A DNA stretch of 64,000 bases from Bryobacter sp. CoA8 C33 (GTDB lineage: Bacteria; Acidobacteriota; Terriglobia; Bryobacterales; Bryobacteraceae): assembly GCA_019931185.1 (NCBI GenBank), contig JAINDK010000038.1:62391-126390 (forward strand), given 5' to 3'. The translations under genes were made by a program, and so were the position numbers. Below, piece by piece: positions 55,917 to 64,000 of this stretch. The notes under the pieces are model-generated. The model was not told where the DNA came from and searched no databases. It saw only the letters and a list, made by a program, of their open reading frames with translations. Position 1 is the first letter of the stretch; every line of letters begins with the position of its first letter.

Positions 55917-56351
55917 AGTCAGTCCGATAAGCCGTTTGGCGCTGCTGAAATAGCTTAGCCGCCTGAGAAAAAAATCTGAGAAATGACATGATGTTCTATT
56001 AAAGGACGCTTTTAACATTAGATATGTCCAACCAACGACCCGTTCGCGCCGACGTACAGGCGCTGTCCGGACTGCTCAGGCAGTTCGACAATGAACTCAA
56101 GGAACAGGGTAGATCCGAGGAAAGAGGTATTGTCCTGGATGCTTTGCGGAAACTGGAGGCCTCGCCAGTTTCCCTCCGCGTGGTGTCCAAAGACGTCCCA
56201 GTCCACCAACGGCCTACTCAAATTGCAAGCACGGAACAGAACAAGATTTCGGCTGCCTGATTCATAACTCTAACCGGAGGGCAGAGTGGCGCCCCAAAGG
56301 TGCTGTAACTGCCCTGTTTCATTTTCCTCCTTCTTTCCCCAATCTTCCCTC

Positions 56352-58109
56352 TCAACTCACCTTGGCCTCCAACTCCGCCCACCGCGCATACAGCGCCTCC
56401 ACTTCCGCTTCCATCCGCCCCAGTTCCTCAAACACCACCTGCACCCGTACGTGATCCGTCACCACCTCCGGCAGCGCGCTTTCTCGCTGCTTGGCCGCCA
56501 GCCGCTCCTCGGCCTCCGCAATTCTTCCCTCCAGCCCGTCAAACTCCCGCTGCTCCGTGTAGCTGAGCTTCTTCTTGGCCCCGGCCGCCGGCCCTACACT
56601 CACCGCCACCGCACTCTTCGCATTTACAGCCTCCTTACGCTTCTCGATCAGATCCTGCTCATACTGCTCGTAGTCCGTGTACAGCGTTGCCCCGCCTCGC
56701 CCGTCCAGTCCCAGAACATGCGTCGCAATCCGGTCCATCAGATAGCGGTCATGCGTCACCAGTACCAGTGCCCCCGAAAACTCCTCCAGCGCCTCCTCGA
56801 GCACTCCCAGCGTCGGAATATCCAGATCGTTGGTCGGCTCGTCGAGAAACAATACGTCCGCCGGCTCACGCATCAGATTCGCCAGCAGCACCCGCGCCCT
56901 CTCCCCGCCCGATAAACGTTCCACCGGCTGCTGCAGTTGCGCTACTTCAAACAGAAACTTCTTCGCCCACGCATTCACATGGATCACATTGCCCTGAAAC
57001 AGCACGGAGTCCCCATCGGGCGCCAGTGCCTGCTTAAGCGTCGCCTTCGGGTTCGGCAGCGCCCGCTGCTGGTCAAAGTACACCATCTTCAACTGCTCGG
57101 CCCGCTTCACGGTCCCCTCGTCGGGCTCCATCTCTCCGAGTAGAATCTTCAGCAGGGTCGACTTTCCGCTTCCGTTCGCACCCACAATCCCCAGCTTGAT
57201 TCCCGGCGTCAGGACCAGCTTCAGCCTCTCGAATAATACCTTTCCTCCCAGTGCCTTCCTGAGCCCATCCACTTCGATCAGCCGCTTGGTTTGCCGCTGT
57301 GACGCAGTGAAATCGATCGTCGCGGTTGAAACCTTCTCCCGGTCCTCCATATCCTTCAATTCCCCAATCAGAGCGTGGGCACTGTCGATGCGTGCCTGCG
57401 CCTTTCTCGTGCGCGCCTTGGCCTTCCGCCCCAACCAGGCCACCTCGCGCCGCACCACCGCCTCCAGTCCCTCCTTGCGCCGCCTCTCGGCTTCAAAATA
57501 CTGCTCCCGCCTTTCGAGAAACTTCGTGTAATTGCCCTCCACCCGAAACATCCCCTCTGGATACACCGCGTTCAACTCCGCCACGTGAGTAGCCGTGTTC
57601 TCGAGGAATTGCCGGTCGTGCGAGATCAGCACGCAAGCGAAATTCGCCCCCGCCAGCGTCTTCTCGAGCCACACAATTCCCTCGAGATCCAGATGATTCG
57701 TCGGCTCATCAAGCAGCAGCAGTTCCGGCTTCTCGCTGCCCGCCGCCGCGATCGCCAGCCGCTTCTTCCATCCCCCTGACAGCGTTGCCGTCGCCACCTC
57801 CCCGCCGCTGAATCCCGCCATCCCAAACCACGGGCTATCCGGCGTCACATAATCCTTCACCCGGCTCCCCTCGGCAAACACCGGGTCCTGTGCCACGCTC
57901 GCAATCCGCAATCCCTTCCGCGGCGCCACAATCCCGCTATCGGCTTCCTCCACCCCCCGCAGGATCTTCAGCAGCGTCGACTTGCCCGCGCCATTCGGCC
58001 CGATCAGCCCCAGCCGCTGACCCTCTTCGATCACCAGCGAAACATTCTGAAACAACACCGTCGCTCCAAATGACTTGGTCAGCGACTGTACCGACAACAA
58101 CAAACCCAT
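56352..58109 (-). CDS. ABC-F family ATPase (tandem ATP-binding cassettes, no membrane domain).
   Basis: Two Walker A sites are present (GPNGAGKST and GANGSGKST), two LSGG signature motifs, and an inter-domain linker. The product is 585 aa. Confidence 0.9.
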   Translation of the reverse strand: MGLLLSVQSLTKSFGATVLFQNVSLVIEEGQRLGLIGPNGAGKSTLLKILRGVEEADSGIVAPRKGLRIASVAQDPVFAEGSRVKDYVTPDSPWFGMAGFSGGEVATATLSGGWKKRLAIAAAGSEKPELLLLDEPTNHLDLEGIVWLEKTLAGANFACVLISHDRQFLENTATHVAELNAVYPEGMFRVEGNYTKFLERREQYFEAERRRKEGLEAVVRREVAWLGRKAKARTRKAQARIDSAHALIGELKDMEDREKVSTATIDFTASQRQTKRLIEVDGLRKALGGKVLFERLKLVLTPGIKLGIVGANGSGKSTLLKILLGEMEPDEGTVKRAEQLKMVYFDQQRALPNPKATLKQALAPDGDSVLFQGNVIHVNAWAKKFLFEVAQLQQPVERLSGGERARVLLANLMREPADVLFLDEPTNDLDIPTLGVLEEALEEFSGALVLVTHDRYLMDRIATHVLGLDGRGGATLYTDYEQYEQDLIEKRKEAVNAKSAVAVSVGPAAGAKKKLSYTEQREFDGLEGRIAEAEERLAAKQRESALPEVVTDHVRVQVVFEELGRMEAEVEALYARWAELEAKVS

Positions 58110-59243
58110 TCCTTATAGGGTAACGGGCAAAAATGCGTAGCTCCCCAAACCGGTTCGCCCGCGGAGCCAATACCGCGCGAAAGCCCAATCCGTATCGCAT
58201 CGCCAACTGAAAGGCCCTCGGCACCGGCACCGTCCAGTCCCGCACTGTGTGCCCTTCAAACGGCGGCCAAAATCGCTCCGCCACCCCGATATCTCAACTC
58301 CGGGGCCCGTCCCTTCTCTCCACCAATCGTATTGCACGCCCGTCCGGCTACAATCGTCATGCCCCCCCGATATACACAAAATGACTGCAATCACCCCCAG
58401 CCATCGGCCGAGCGAAAGTGATTTCGACACGATTCCCCTTCTTGTTTTGGTGGTTTGATTTTTGTTGCGCCAGTCTGGGCGCGGTGCAAACCGCACTGGT
58501 AGCTTTCCGCCAACACAAGCCGAATTCGCTGCAAGCTTGCGAACCACAAAAATATGGATTCCGATTCCACATCCCCTTGCTGGACTGTTCCTCGGCCCGC
58601 TGCCGCCCCTCCGTTAACCGCACCAGCTGCTCGATCGACTTTTCCAACTGATCCCACTACCGCACACACAGCCGTCCCGGATAGCGTGTGTCCCTGATCA
58701 GCAACAACACCGTCCCGTTGTCAGCAAACGCCAAATCCCCCGCAGGGTGCCGCGCGATTGCCAACGTCTCGACCATCCTCCCCCCAAATCCAATCTCCCC
58801 ACGCTCTCCGGCCATGGCCCGATCGCAAACGCCTTCCGCGCCTCTGGTATCGTCAACGGCGTAAACTTTACATCCGCCTGGCCTGGTGCCGGCCCCCGTA
58901 TCGATCCGCGCCACTTCTTGCTCACCCGACACGATAAGGAAAAAAGGCTTCCCATAATTCGTGCAGCCGCTCTCCCGCGGGATGTTCAGCTACGCCTTGC
59001 ACTCTTCGATTTCCCACTCCGGCTCCTCCATGCACTTCCGTCCGCCGTGATTCCACTTCGCTGTCGGTACCCCCGGCTCCACTTCCGCGCCGTCCCGCCG
59101 CGGTACTTGCGAATCAAGGCGTAACAGGCACACTGCGGCGACGAGGGCGAGCATGCGAAACGCCGCGACGGGTTGCTTTCTGTTTCCCCAGTCGCCGCCG
59201 CTCTTGTCTTCCCCTGTCAATGCGATATCATCAGTTTTGAAGG

Positions 59244-59318
59244 GCGGGAGTAACTCAGTGGTAGAGTCTCAGCCTTCCAAGCTGTTGGTCGCGAGTTCGA
59301 TTCTCGTCTCCCGCTCCA
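59244..59318 (+). tRNA. tRNA-Gly, anticodon TCC.
   Basis: GCGGGAGTAACTCAGTGGTAGAGTCTCAGCCTTCCAAGCTGTTGGTCGCGAGTTCGATTCTCGTCTCCCGCTCCA. The acceptor is GCGGGAG/CTCCCGC, the anticodon loop CTTCCAA, and the 3' CCA is encoded. Confidence 0.85.
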
Positions 59319-59362
59319 GCCTTCGCCCTTCACCCACCCTCCCTCTGGCGTACAATCTCCTC

Positions 59363-59683
59363 ATGGTTCAATTCAAAAATCTGCTCCTCGCCGCCGGTCT
59401 CGGTGCCGCCATGCTTCTCGCTCAGGATAAAAAAGCCGCCGCCAAGGCCGCCGCTCCCGCTGCCGCTGCCGCTGCCAAAAAAGCCGAACTCCTCGATATC
59501 AACTCCGCCTCCAAGTCTGATCTCGAAGCCCTCAAGGGCATCGGCCCCAAGTACGCCGAAGCCATCATCAAGGGCCGCCCCTACAAGGGCAAGGACGAAC
59601 TCGTCTCGAAGAAAATCGTTCCCGAAGCCACCTACAACGCCGTCAAGGATCTGATCATCGCCAAGCAGGGCGCGAAGAAGTAA
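59363..59683 (+). CDS. comEA: ComEA-like helix-hairpin-helix DNA-binding protein.
   Basis: Internal ATG at 59363; the track ORF from 59153 overlaps tRNA-Gly. It has a signal or TM segment [20 protein letters not shown] and an HhH motif [30 protein letters not shown]. Confidence 0.75.
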   Translation: MVQFKNLLLAAGLGAAMLLAQDKKAAAKAAAPAAAAAAKKAELLDINSASKSDLEALKGIGPKYAEAIIKGRPYKGKDELVSKKIVPEATYNAVKDLIIAKQGAKK

Positions 59684-60911
59684 GGTACTCCCACAGGATC
59701 GTCGCGGCGGTCTTCACGCCCACCCCCAGCGCGGCTTCATCCACATCGAAGTCCGTCGTGTGCAGGCCGCTCGTGATCCCCTTGGCTTCGTTCCTCACCC
59801 CTAGCCAGAACATCGCTCCCGGCGCCACCTTCTGAAACAGGCTGAAGTCTTCCCCTCCCATCTGCGGCGCCATCTCCTTCACATTCTCCTGCCCTACTGC
59901 CTTTCTCACCGGTCCCAAGGCCCACTCCACCACCCCCGCCGGATTCACCGTCACCGGGTAGCTCGGCTGCACCCACTCCACCTGATAGCCCCCGCCGTTG
60001 ATCTCCGTGCACCCCGCCAGCGTCTGCTTCACATACGTCCGGTACGCCTCCCGCGTCTGTTCATTAAACGTCCGCAGCGTCGCCTCCATTCTCACCTCAT
60101 CGGCAACAACATTCCCGCGGTCCCCCCCATGGATCGTCCCGATCGTCAACACGCTCGGCTCCATCGTGCTCACCCGCCGCGAATGAATCGTCTGCAGCAT
60201 GTTCACACACTGTGCCGCCGCCACCAGCGCATCCGTGCCCGCCTCCGGCGTAGCCGCATGCGCCTTCTTGCCCAGCACCTTGATATTCACGCTGTCCGCG
60301 CTCGCCAGCAACGGCCCCTTCGCATATCCGATCTTGCCCGCCTCGAGCATCGGCGACACATGAAACGCAAAAATCGCCTCCACCTTCGGGTTCTCCATCA
60401 CTCCCTCGCGGATCATCAGCGCCGCGCCAAAATACTCCACATCGCTCACCCCTTCCTCGGCCGGCTGAAACAGGATCTTCACCGTCCCCGGCATCTCTGC
60501 CTTGCGCCGCGCCAGAATCTCCGCCACCCCCAACGCCACCGTCATGTGCGCATCATGCCCACAGGCGTGCTTCACCCCTTTGTTCAGGCTCCGATACGGC
60601 ACGTTAAACGCGCTTTCATCGAGCGGCAGCGCATCCATGTCCGTCCTCCAGGCCACCACCGGCCCCGGCTTGCCTCCCTTCAAGATCCCCACCACCCCAT
60701 GGCCCGCCACCCCCGTCTTCACCTCGTCAAATCCCAGCGCCCGCAGCCGCTCGGCTACCACTTTCCCCGTTCTCGCCTCCTGATTCGATAACTCCGGATG
60801 CTGGTGAAAGTCCCGCCGCGTCTCCACCAGCTTCGCCTCCATCTCCTTCGCCTCCGCGCCGAAGTCCTGCGCCCACACGCTCATTCCCGCCAGCAAAATC
60901 AATGCTTTCAT
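59655..60911 (-). CDS. M20D-family amidohydrolase (aminoacylase / hippurate-hydrolase-like), secreted.
   Basis: [13 protein letters not shown] contains the metal-binding residues. The family-wide pattern is present. There is a signal peptide. It is one of a tandem paralog pair. Confidence 0.85.
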   Translation of the reverse strand: MKALILLAGMSVWAQDFGAEAKEMEAKLVETRRDFHQHPELSNQEARTGKVVAERLRALGFDEVKTGVAGHGVVGILKGGKPGPVVAWRTDMDALPLDESAFNVPYRSLNKGVKHACGHDAHMTVALGVAEILARRKAEMPGTVKILFQPAEEGVSDVEYFGAALMIREGVMENPKVEAIFAFHVSPMLEAGKIGYAKGPLLASADSVNIKVLGKKAHAATPEAGTDALVAAAQCVNMLQTIHSRRVSTMEPSVLTIGTIHGGDRGNVVADEVRMEATLRTFNEQTREAYRTYVKQTLAGCTEINGGGYQVEWVQPSYPVTVNPAGVVEWALGPVRKAVGQENVKEMAPQMGGEDFSLFQKVAPGAMFWLGVRNEAKGITSGLHTTDFDVDEAALGVGVKTAATILWEYLTSSRPAWR

Positions 60912-62170
60912 TGCCCGCTCCTCCTCAGATAATCCACCACCACATGCGCCCCCGCCTTCACCCCGATCGCCAGCGCGTCCTCATCCAGGTCGAACTCCGC
61001 CGTATGCAGACCCGCCGTCAATCCCTTGGCCGCGTTCGCCACCCCCAGCCCCAGCATCACGCCCGGCACCTGTCTCTGGTAGTAGGAGAAGTCCTCGGCG
61101 AACATCCCCGGTCCCACCGTCACCAGATTCCCCTTTCCCAGCAACCTTTCGAGCACTGGCCGCGCTCCCTCGTTCAAGGACGGGCTGTTCATCATCGCCG
61201 GGTAAGATCGTTTGAACTCCAATCGATATCCCGCTCCCATCCCCCCCGTGCAACCCTTCAGCGTCTGATGAATCATTGCCTCATATTGGTCGAGCACCTT
61301 ATCGCTGAACGTCCGCACCGTCCCGGTCACCTTCACGCTCTCGGCAATTACATTCCGCCGGTCTCCCCCATGGATCGTCCCCAGTGAAAACACGCTCGGC
61401 TCCTGCGAGGACAACCGCCGCGAATGGATCGTCTGCAGCGCCACGATGCACTGGCTCGCCACCGCCACCGCGTCGATCCCCTGATACGGATACGCCCCGT
61501 GCGCCTTCTTGCCCTGAAATTCAATCGCCACCGCTCCGCTTGCCGCGCTCGCCGCGTTGTCCGTCGTGCTCATTTGCCCTACCGGAATGTGCGTGCCTAC
61601 ATGCAGCGCGAAGATCGCCCCGGGCCGCGGATTCTCGAGCGCCCCCTCGGCGATCATCTGCTTGGCGCCCCAACTCGCCGCCCCGCCCGCTCCTTCCTCC
61701 GCCGGCTGAAACAGAAACTTCACCGTCCCCGGCAACTCTTCCTTCACCTTCACCAGCGCTTCGGCGATCCCCAGCCCAATCGCCGTGTGCGCGTCATGCC
61801 CGCAGGCATGCTTCACTCCCTTCACCGTCGACTTGTATGGCACATTCAGCTTGCTCTCATCAATCGGCAGCGCATCCATGTCCGCCCGCCACGCCACAAC
61901 TCCCCCCGGCTTGCCCCCCTTCAACACACCCACCACTCCATGCCCCGCCACCCCAGCCCTCACCTCATCGAGCCCCAGCGCCCGCAATCGCTCCGCCACC
62001 AGCTTCCCCGTCCGCTCCTCCCGGTTCGATAACTCCGGATGCATATGCAGGTCCCGCCGGCATTCCACCAGCCGCGGCTCCATCGCCTTCACCGCCTCAC
62101 CGATCCGTTCTTCGATCGTTTGCGCCCCCACCATCGCCGCCGCCGCTCCGATCCAAATCAACACTCTCAT
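60908..62170 (-). CDS. M20D-family amidohydrolase, paralog of 59655..60911.
   Basis: ACGHDAHTAIGLG and collinear similarity along the whole length to the downstream paralog. The stop overlaps the start of the paralog as ATGA. Confidence 0.85.
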   Translation of the reverse strand: MRVLIWIGAAAAMVGAQTIEERIGEAVKAMEPRLVECRRDLHMHPELSNREERTGKLVAERLRALGLDEVRAGVAGHGVVGVLKGGKPGGVVAWRADMDALPIDESKLNVPYKSTVKGVKHACGHDAHTAIGLGIAEALVKVKEELPGTVKFLFQPAEEGAGGAASWGAKQMIAEGALENPRPGAIFALHVGTHIPVGQMSTTDNAASAASGAVAIEFQGKKAHGAYPYQGIDAVAVASQCIVALQTIHSRRLSSQEPSVFSLGTIHGGDRRNVIAESVKVTGTVRTFSDKVLDQYEAMIHQTLKGCTGGMGAGYRLEFKRSYPAMMNSPSLNEGARPVLERLLGKGNLVTVGPGMFAEDFSYYQRQVPGVMLGLGVANAAKGLTAGLHTAEFDLDEDALAIGVKAGAHVVVDYLRRSGQ

Positions 62171-62187
62171 AAACTAAAAGTGTACCC

Positions 62188-62664
62188 ATGTCCAAAATCT
62201 ATTCGCGTCCAGACCTCGTGGCGCAACGCGCTGTCTGGAAGCACGAGGGCAAACGCGTCGTCTTCACCAATGGCTGCTACGACATCCTCCACCCCGGTCA
62301 CGTCCGCCTGCTCGAGTCCGCCCGCTCCCTCGGCGATATCCTCATCCTCGCCCTCAATACCGACTCAAGCGTCCAGCGCCTCAAAGGCCCCTCCCGGCCC
62401 ATCTGCGACGAACAAACCCGCGCCCGCCTCGCCCTTTCCCTCGCCGCTGTCGATGCCGTTACCTTCTTCGACGAGGACACTCCCCGCGAATTGATCGCCG
62501 CCGTCCTGCCCGATTTCCTCGTCAAGGGCGCCGATTGGTCCCACTTTATCGCTGGCCGCGAAGAGGTCGAAGCCGCCGGCGGCCAAGTCCTCGCTCTCCC
62601 CCTCGAGCCCGGCTACTCCACCACCAACCTCGTCCAGCAAATTCTCGATCGCCACTCCTCGTGA
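62188..62664 (+). CDS. rfaE2: D-glycero-beta-D-manno-heptose 1-phosphate adenylyltransferase (RfaE domain II, cytidylyltransferase fold).
   Basis: VFTNGCYDILHPGHVRLLE contains the nucleotidyltransferase H-x-G-H motif. The product is 158 aa. Confidence 0.85.
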   Translation: MSKIYSRPDLVAQRAVWKHEGKRVVFTNGCYDILHPGHVRLLESARSLGDILILALNTDSSVQRLKGPSRPICDEQTRARLALSLAAVDAVTFFDEDTPRELIAAVLPDFLVKGADWSHFIAGREEVEAAGGQVLALPLEPGYSTTNLVQQILDRHSS

Positions 62665-64000
62665 TCCGCGACCTCCTCGCCGGCCTCGCCGCTCACCCCC
62701 AATTCGAAAAACTCCTCGCCGGTCTCGCCGCCGACGACCGCCACACCCTTTCCCTCGGTGGCCTCACCCTCGCCGCCAAAGGCCTCATCCTCGCCCTTCT
62801 CTGGCAAAAGAACTCCCAGCCCCAGCTCATCCTCACCGACGGCAACCGCCAGGCCGAGAGCCTCCTCGAAGCCGTCAATACCTTCCTTACCCTCCTCGCT
62901 CCCAATTCCCCCCCCGCCCAACTCATCCCCGCCCTCGACGTCCTCCCCCACCAGAACCTCCAACCCCACTCCGCCATTCTCGAACAGCGCGCCATCGGCC
63001 TCTGGAAGCTCTCTACCCAGCGCGCCTCCCTTACCATCGCCCCCATCGCCGGCGCCATGCTCCGCGTCGCCCATCCCTCCTTTTACCGCCAACTCGTCCT
63101 CTCCCTTCGCGAAAACGACGAGGTCTCCCTCGACGACCTCGCCTCCCACCTCCAGCGCATCGGCTATGAACCCCACGAACCCGTCGAGAGGACCGGACAG
63201 TTCTCCATCCGTGGCGGCATCGTCGATATCTTCCCGGCCGAAAATGAAGAACCCATCCGCCTCGAATTCTTCGGCGACACCATCGAGTCCATCCGCCGCT
63301 TCGCCGTCGAAAGCCAGCGCAGCATTGCCCGCGTCCCCGAGATTCGCATCCTCCCCCTGCTCGAAACCCCCTCCGACTCATCCGGCCCCCGCGACTTCTC
63401 CCTGCTCAATCTCTCCTCCTCCGGCCTCCTCGTCTGGGACGAACCCGAACAGGTCCGCGCCGCCGCCGAACGCTTCTGGAAGCGCCTCGAGGAAGGCGCC
63501 TCCACCGTCGAGCCCGAAGACCATTACTTCCATTACGGCGAGCTCGCCTCCCACGGCGCCGCCAGCCTGCGCGAAATCGAAATCCGCGAACTCTCCCTCG
63601 ATCACGGCCCCTATGCCTGTGAATTCTCCTCCCGCCCCGGCATCACCTTCCGCGGCAACATCCGCATGGCCGTCGAGGAATCCCGCACCCTCGTCTCCTC
63701 CGGTCATCGCGTCGTCTTCTTCGCCAATTCCCTCGGCGAAGTCGAACGCTTCGCTGACGTCTTCAGTGAATACAAAGTCCCCTACCAGGTCGTCCTCCCC
63801 CCGGAGGAAGCCATGCCCCAATACCTCGCCGACCGCGTCTATTCCGGCCCCTCGGCCAACGTCATCCTCGTCAAGGGACGCCTTTCCCGCGGCGCCGTCT
63901 TCCGCGACCCCAAGCTCGCCCTCTTCGGTGGCGATGACCTCTTTGAATCCTCCGATCTCGTGGCCCGCTCCAACCAGCGCGGCCCCGTCTCCTCCATGGG
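62661..64000 (+). CDS. mfd: Transcription-repair coupling factor. The N-terminal UvrB-homology region is present; the 3' end runs off the window.
   Basis: Translated by hand from the GTG at 62661, which overlaps the rfaE2 TGA as GTGA. The reading is MIRDLLAGLAAHPQFEKLL...GQFSIRGGIVDIFPAENEEPIRLEFFGDTIESIRRFAVESQRS. The frame is open to the window end. Confidence 0.8.
   Translation, partial: MIRDLLAGLAAHPQFEKLLAGLAADDRHTLSLGGLTLAAKGLILALLWQKNSQPQLILTDGNRQAESLLEAVNTFLTLLAPNSPPAQLIPALDVLPHQNLQPHSAILEQRAIGLWKLSTQRASLTIAPIAGAMLRVAHPSFYRQLVLSLRENDEVSLDDLASHLQRIGYEPHEPVERTGQFSIRGGIVDIFPAENEEPIRLEFFGDTIESIRRFAVESQRSIARVPEIRILPLLETPSDSSGPRDFSLLNLSSSGLLVWDEPEQVRAAAERFWKRLEEGASTVEPEDHYFHYGELASHGAASLREIEIRELSLDHGPYACEFSSRPGITFRGNIRMAVEESRTLVSSGHRVVFFANSLGEVERFADVFSEYKVPYQVVLPPEEAMPQYLADRVYSGPSANVILVKGRLSRGAVFRDPKLALFGGDDLFESSDLVARSNQRGPVSSM

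Noticed and set aside
56146-56179. Inverted repeat GGAAACTGG-N8-CCAGTTTCC as a third GntR operator.
   Set aside because: The half-sites match, but the spacer is 8 nt rather than 2, which is incompatible with the same dimer geometry. It is more likely an RNA hairpin.
58357-59220. Reading the two-amber frame as a selenoprotein- or pyrrolysine-type recoded gene.
   Set aside because: The stops are TAG, not TGA. No Pyl machinery is expected in Acidobacteria. The frame lacks the genome's codon bias, so decay or chance is more plausible.
59153-59683. 176-aa track ORF for ComEA.
   Set aside because: Its 5' part runs through tRNA-Gly. The internal ATG at 59363 was taken.
1-64000. CRISPR arrays, rRNA genes, IS elements or transposases.
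   Set aside because: No short regularly spaced repeats were found. No transposase/integrase-like translations and no rRNA-like conserved stretches appear on either strand.

Overview
The window is high-GC chromosomal DNA, about 62-65% GC with a strong C/G bias at codon third positions. It is almost certainly from an acidobacterium of the Solibacter/Bryobacter type. The evidence for that placement: three paralogous TonB-dependent receptors that carry an N-terminal carboxypeptidase-regulatory-like domain; one secreted protein whose C-terminus resembles the Solibacter-specific Soli_cterm domain; and a DUF1501 / PSCyt-DUF1549-DUF1553 gene pair. Coding density is high, with about 50 protein genes and three tRNAs (Thr-TGT, Arg-TCG, Gly-TCC). 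No rRNA, CRISPR array or recognisable mobile element is present.

The recognisable genes are mostly housekeeping: trxB, ribA, proC, rnhA, dus, pnp, rpsO, feoAB, mfd (5' end only), rfaE2, an ABC-F ATPase, comEA, a sodium:solute symporter, and secreted peptidases of families M10, M14, M13 and M20D.

Points of interest:
- A divergon at 35.5-45 kb under a GntR(FadR-type) regulator, with two copies of a palindrome AACTGGC-AC-GCCAGTT in the promoter region. It joins a DapA/NanA-family aldolase and a 2-hydroxyacid dehydrogenase to a TonB-dependent receptor, a sulfatase and a BNR sialidase with a LamG domain. Together these look like a candidate utilisation locus for sialo- or sulfo-glycans.
- A heavy-metal P1B ATPase with the rare PCP transmembrane motif (P1B-5 class), lacking the usual hemerythrin tail. 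Directly downstream lies the decayed relic of a hybrid sensor kinase with three receiver domains, carrying a +1 frameshift, a TAT-to-TAA nonsense codon and an internal deletion.
- A complete ECF-sigma / anti-sigma / DUF4252 cassette that abuts a truncated PP2C phosphatase relic.
- An orphan RsbW/RsbV-type partner-switching pair.
- A 1.1-kb tract of weak coding potential upstream of tRNA-Gly containing one frame interrupted only by two amber codons.

I cannot name any clearly novel multi-gene system (for example a defence system) from sequence alone. The candidates above are reported with explicit tests. No searches or computations were run; all family calls rest on motifs read directly from the translations.
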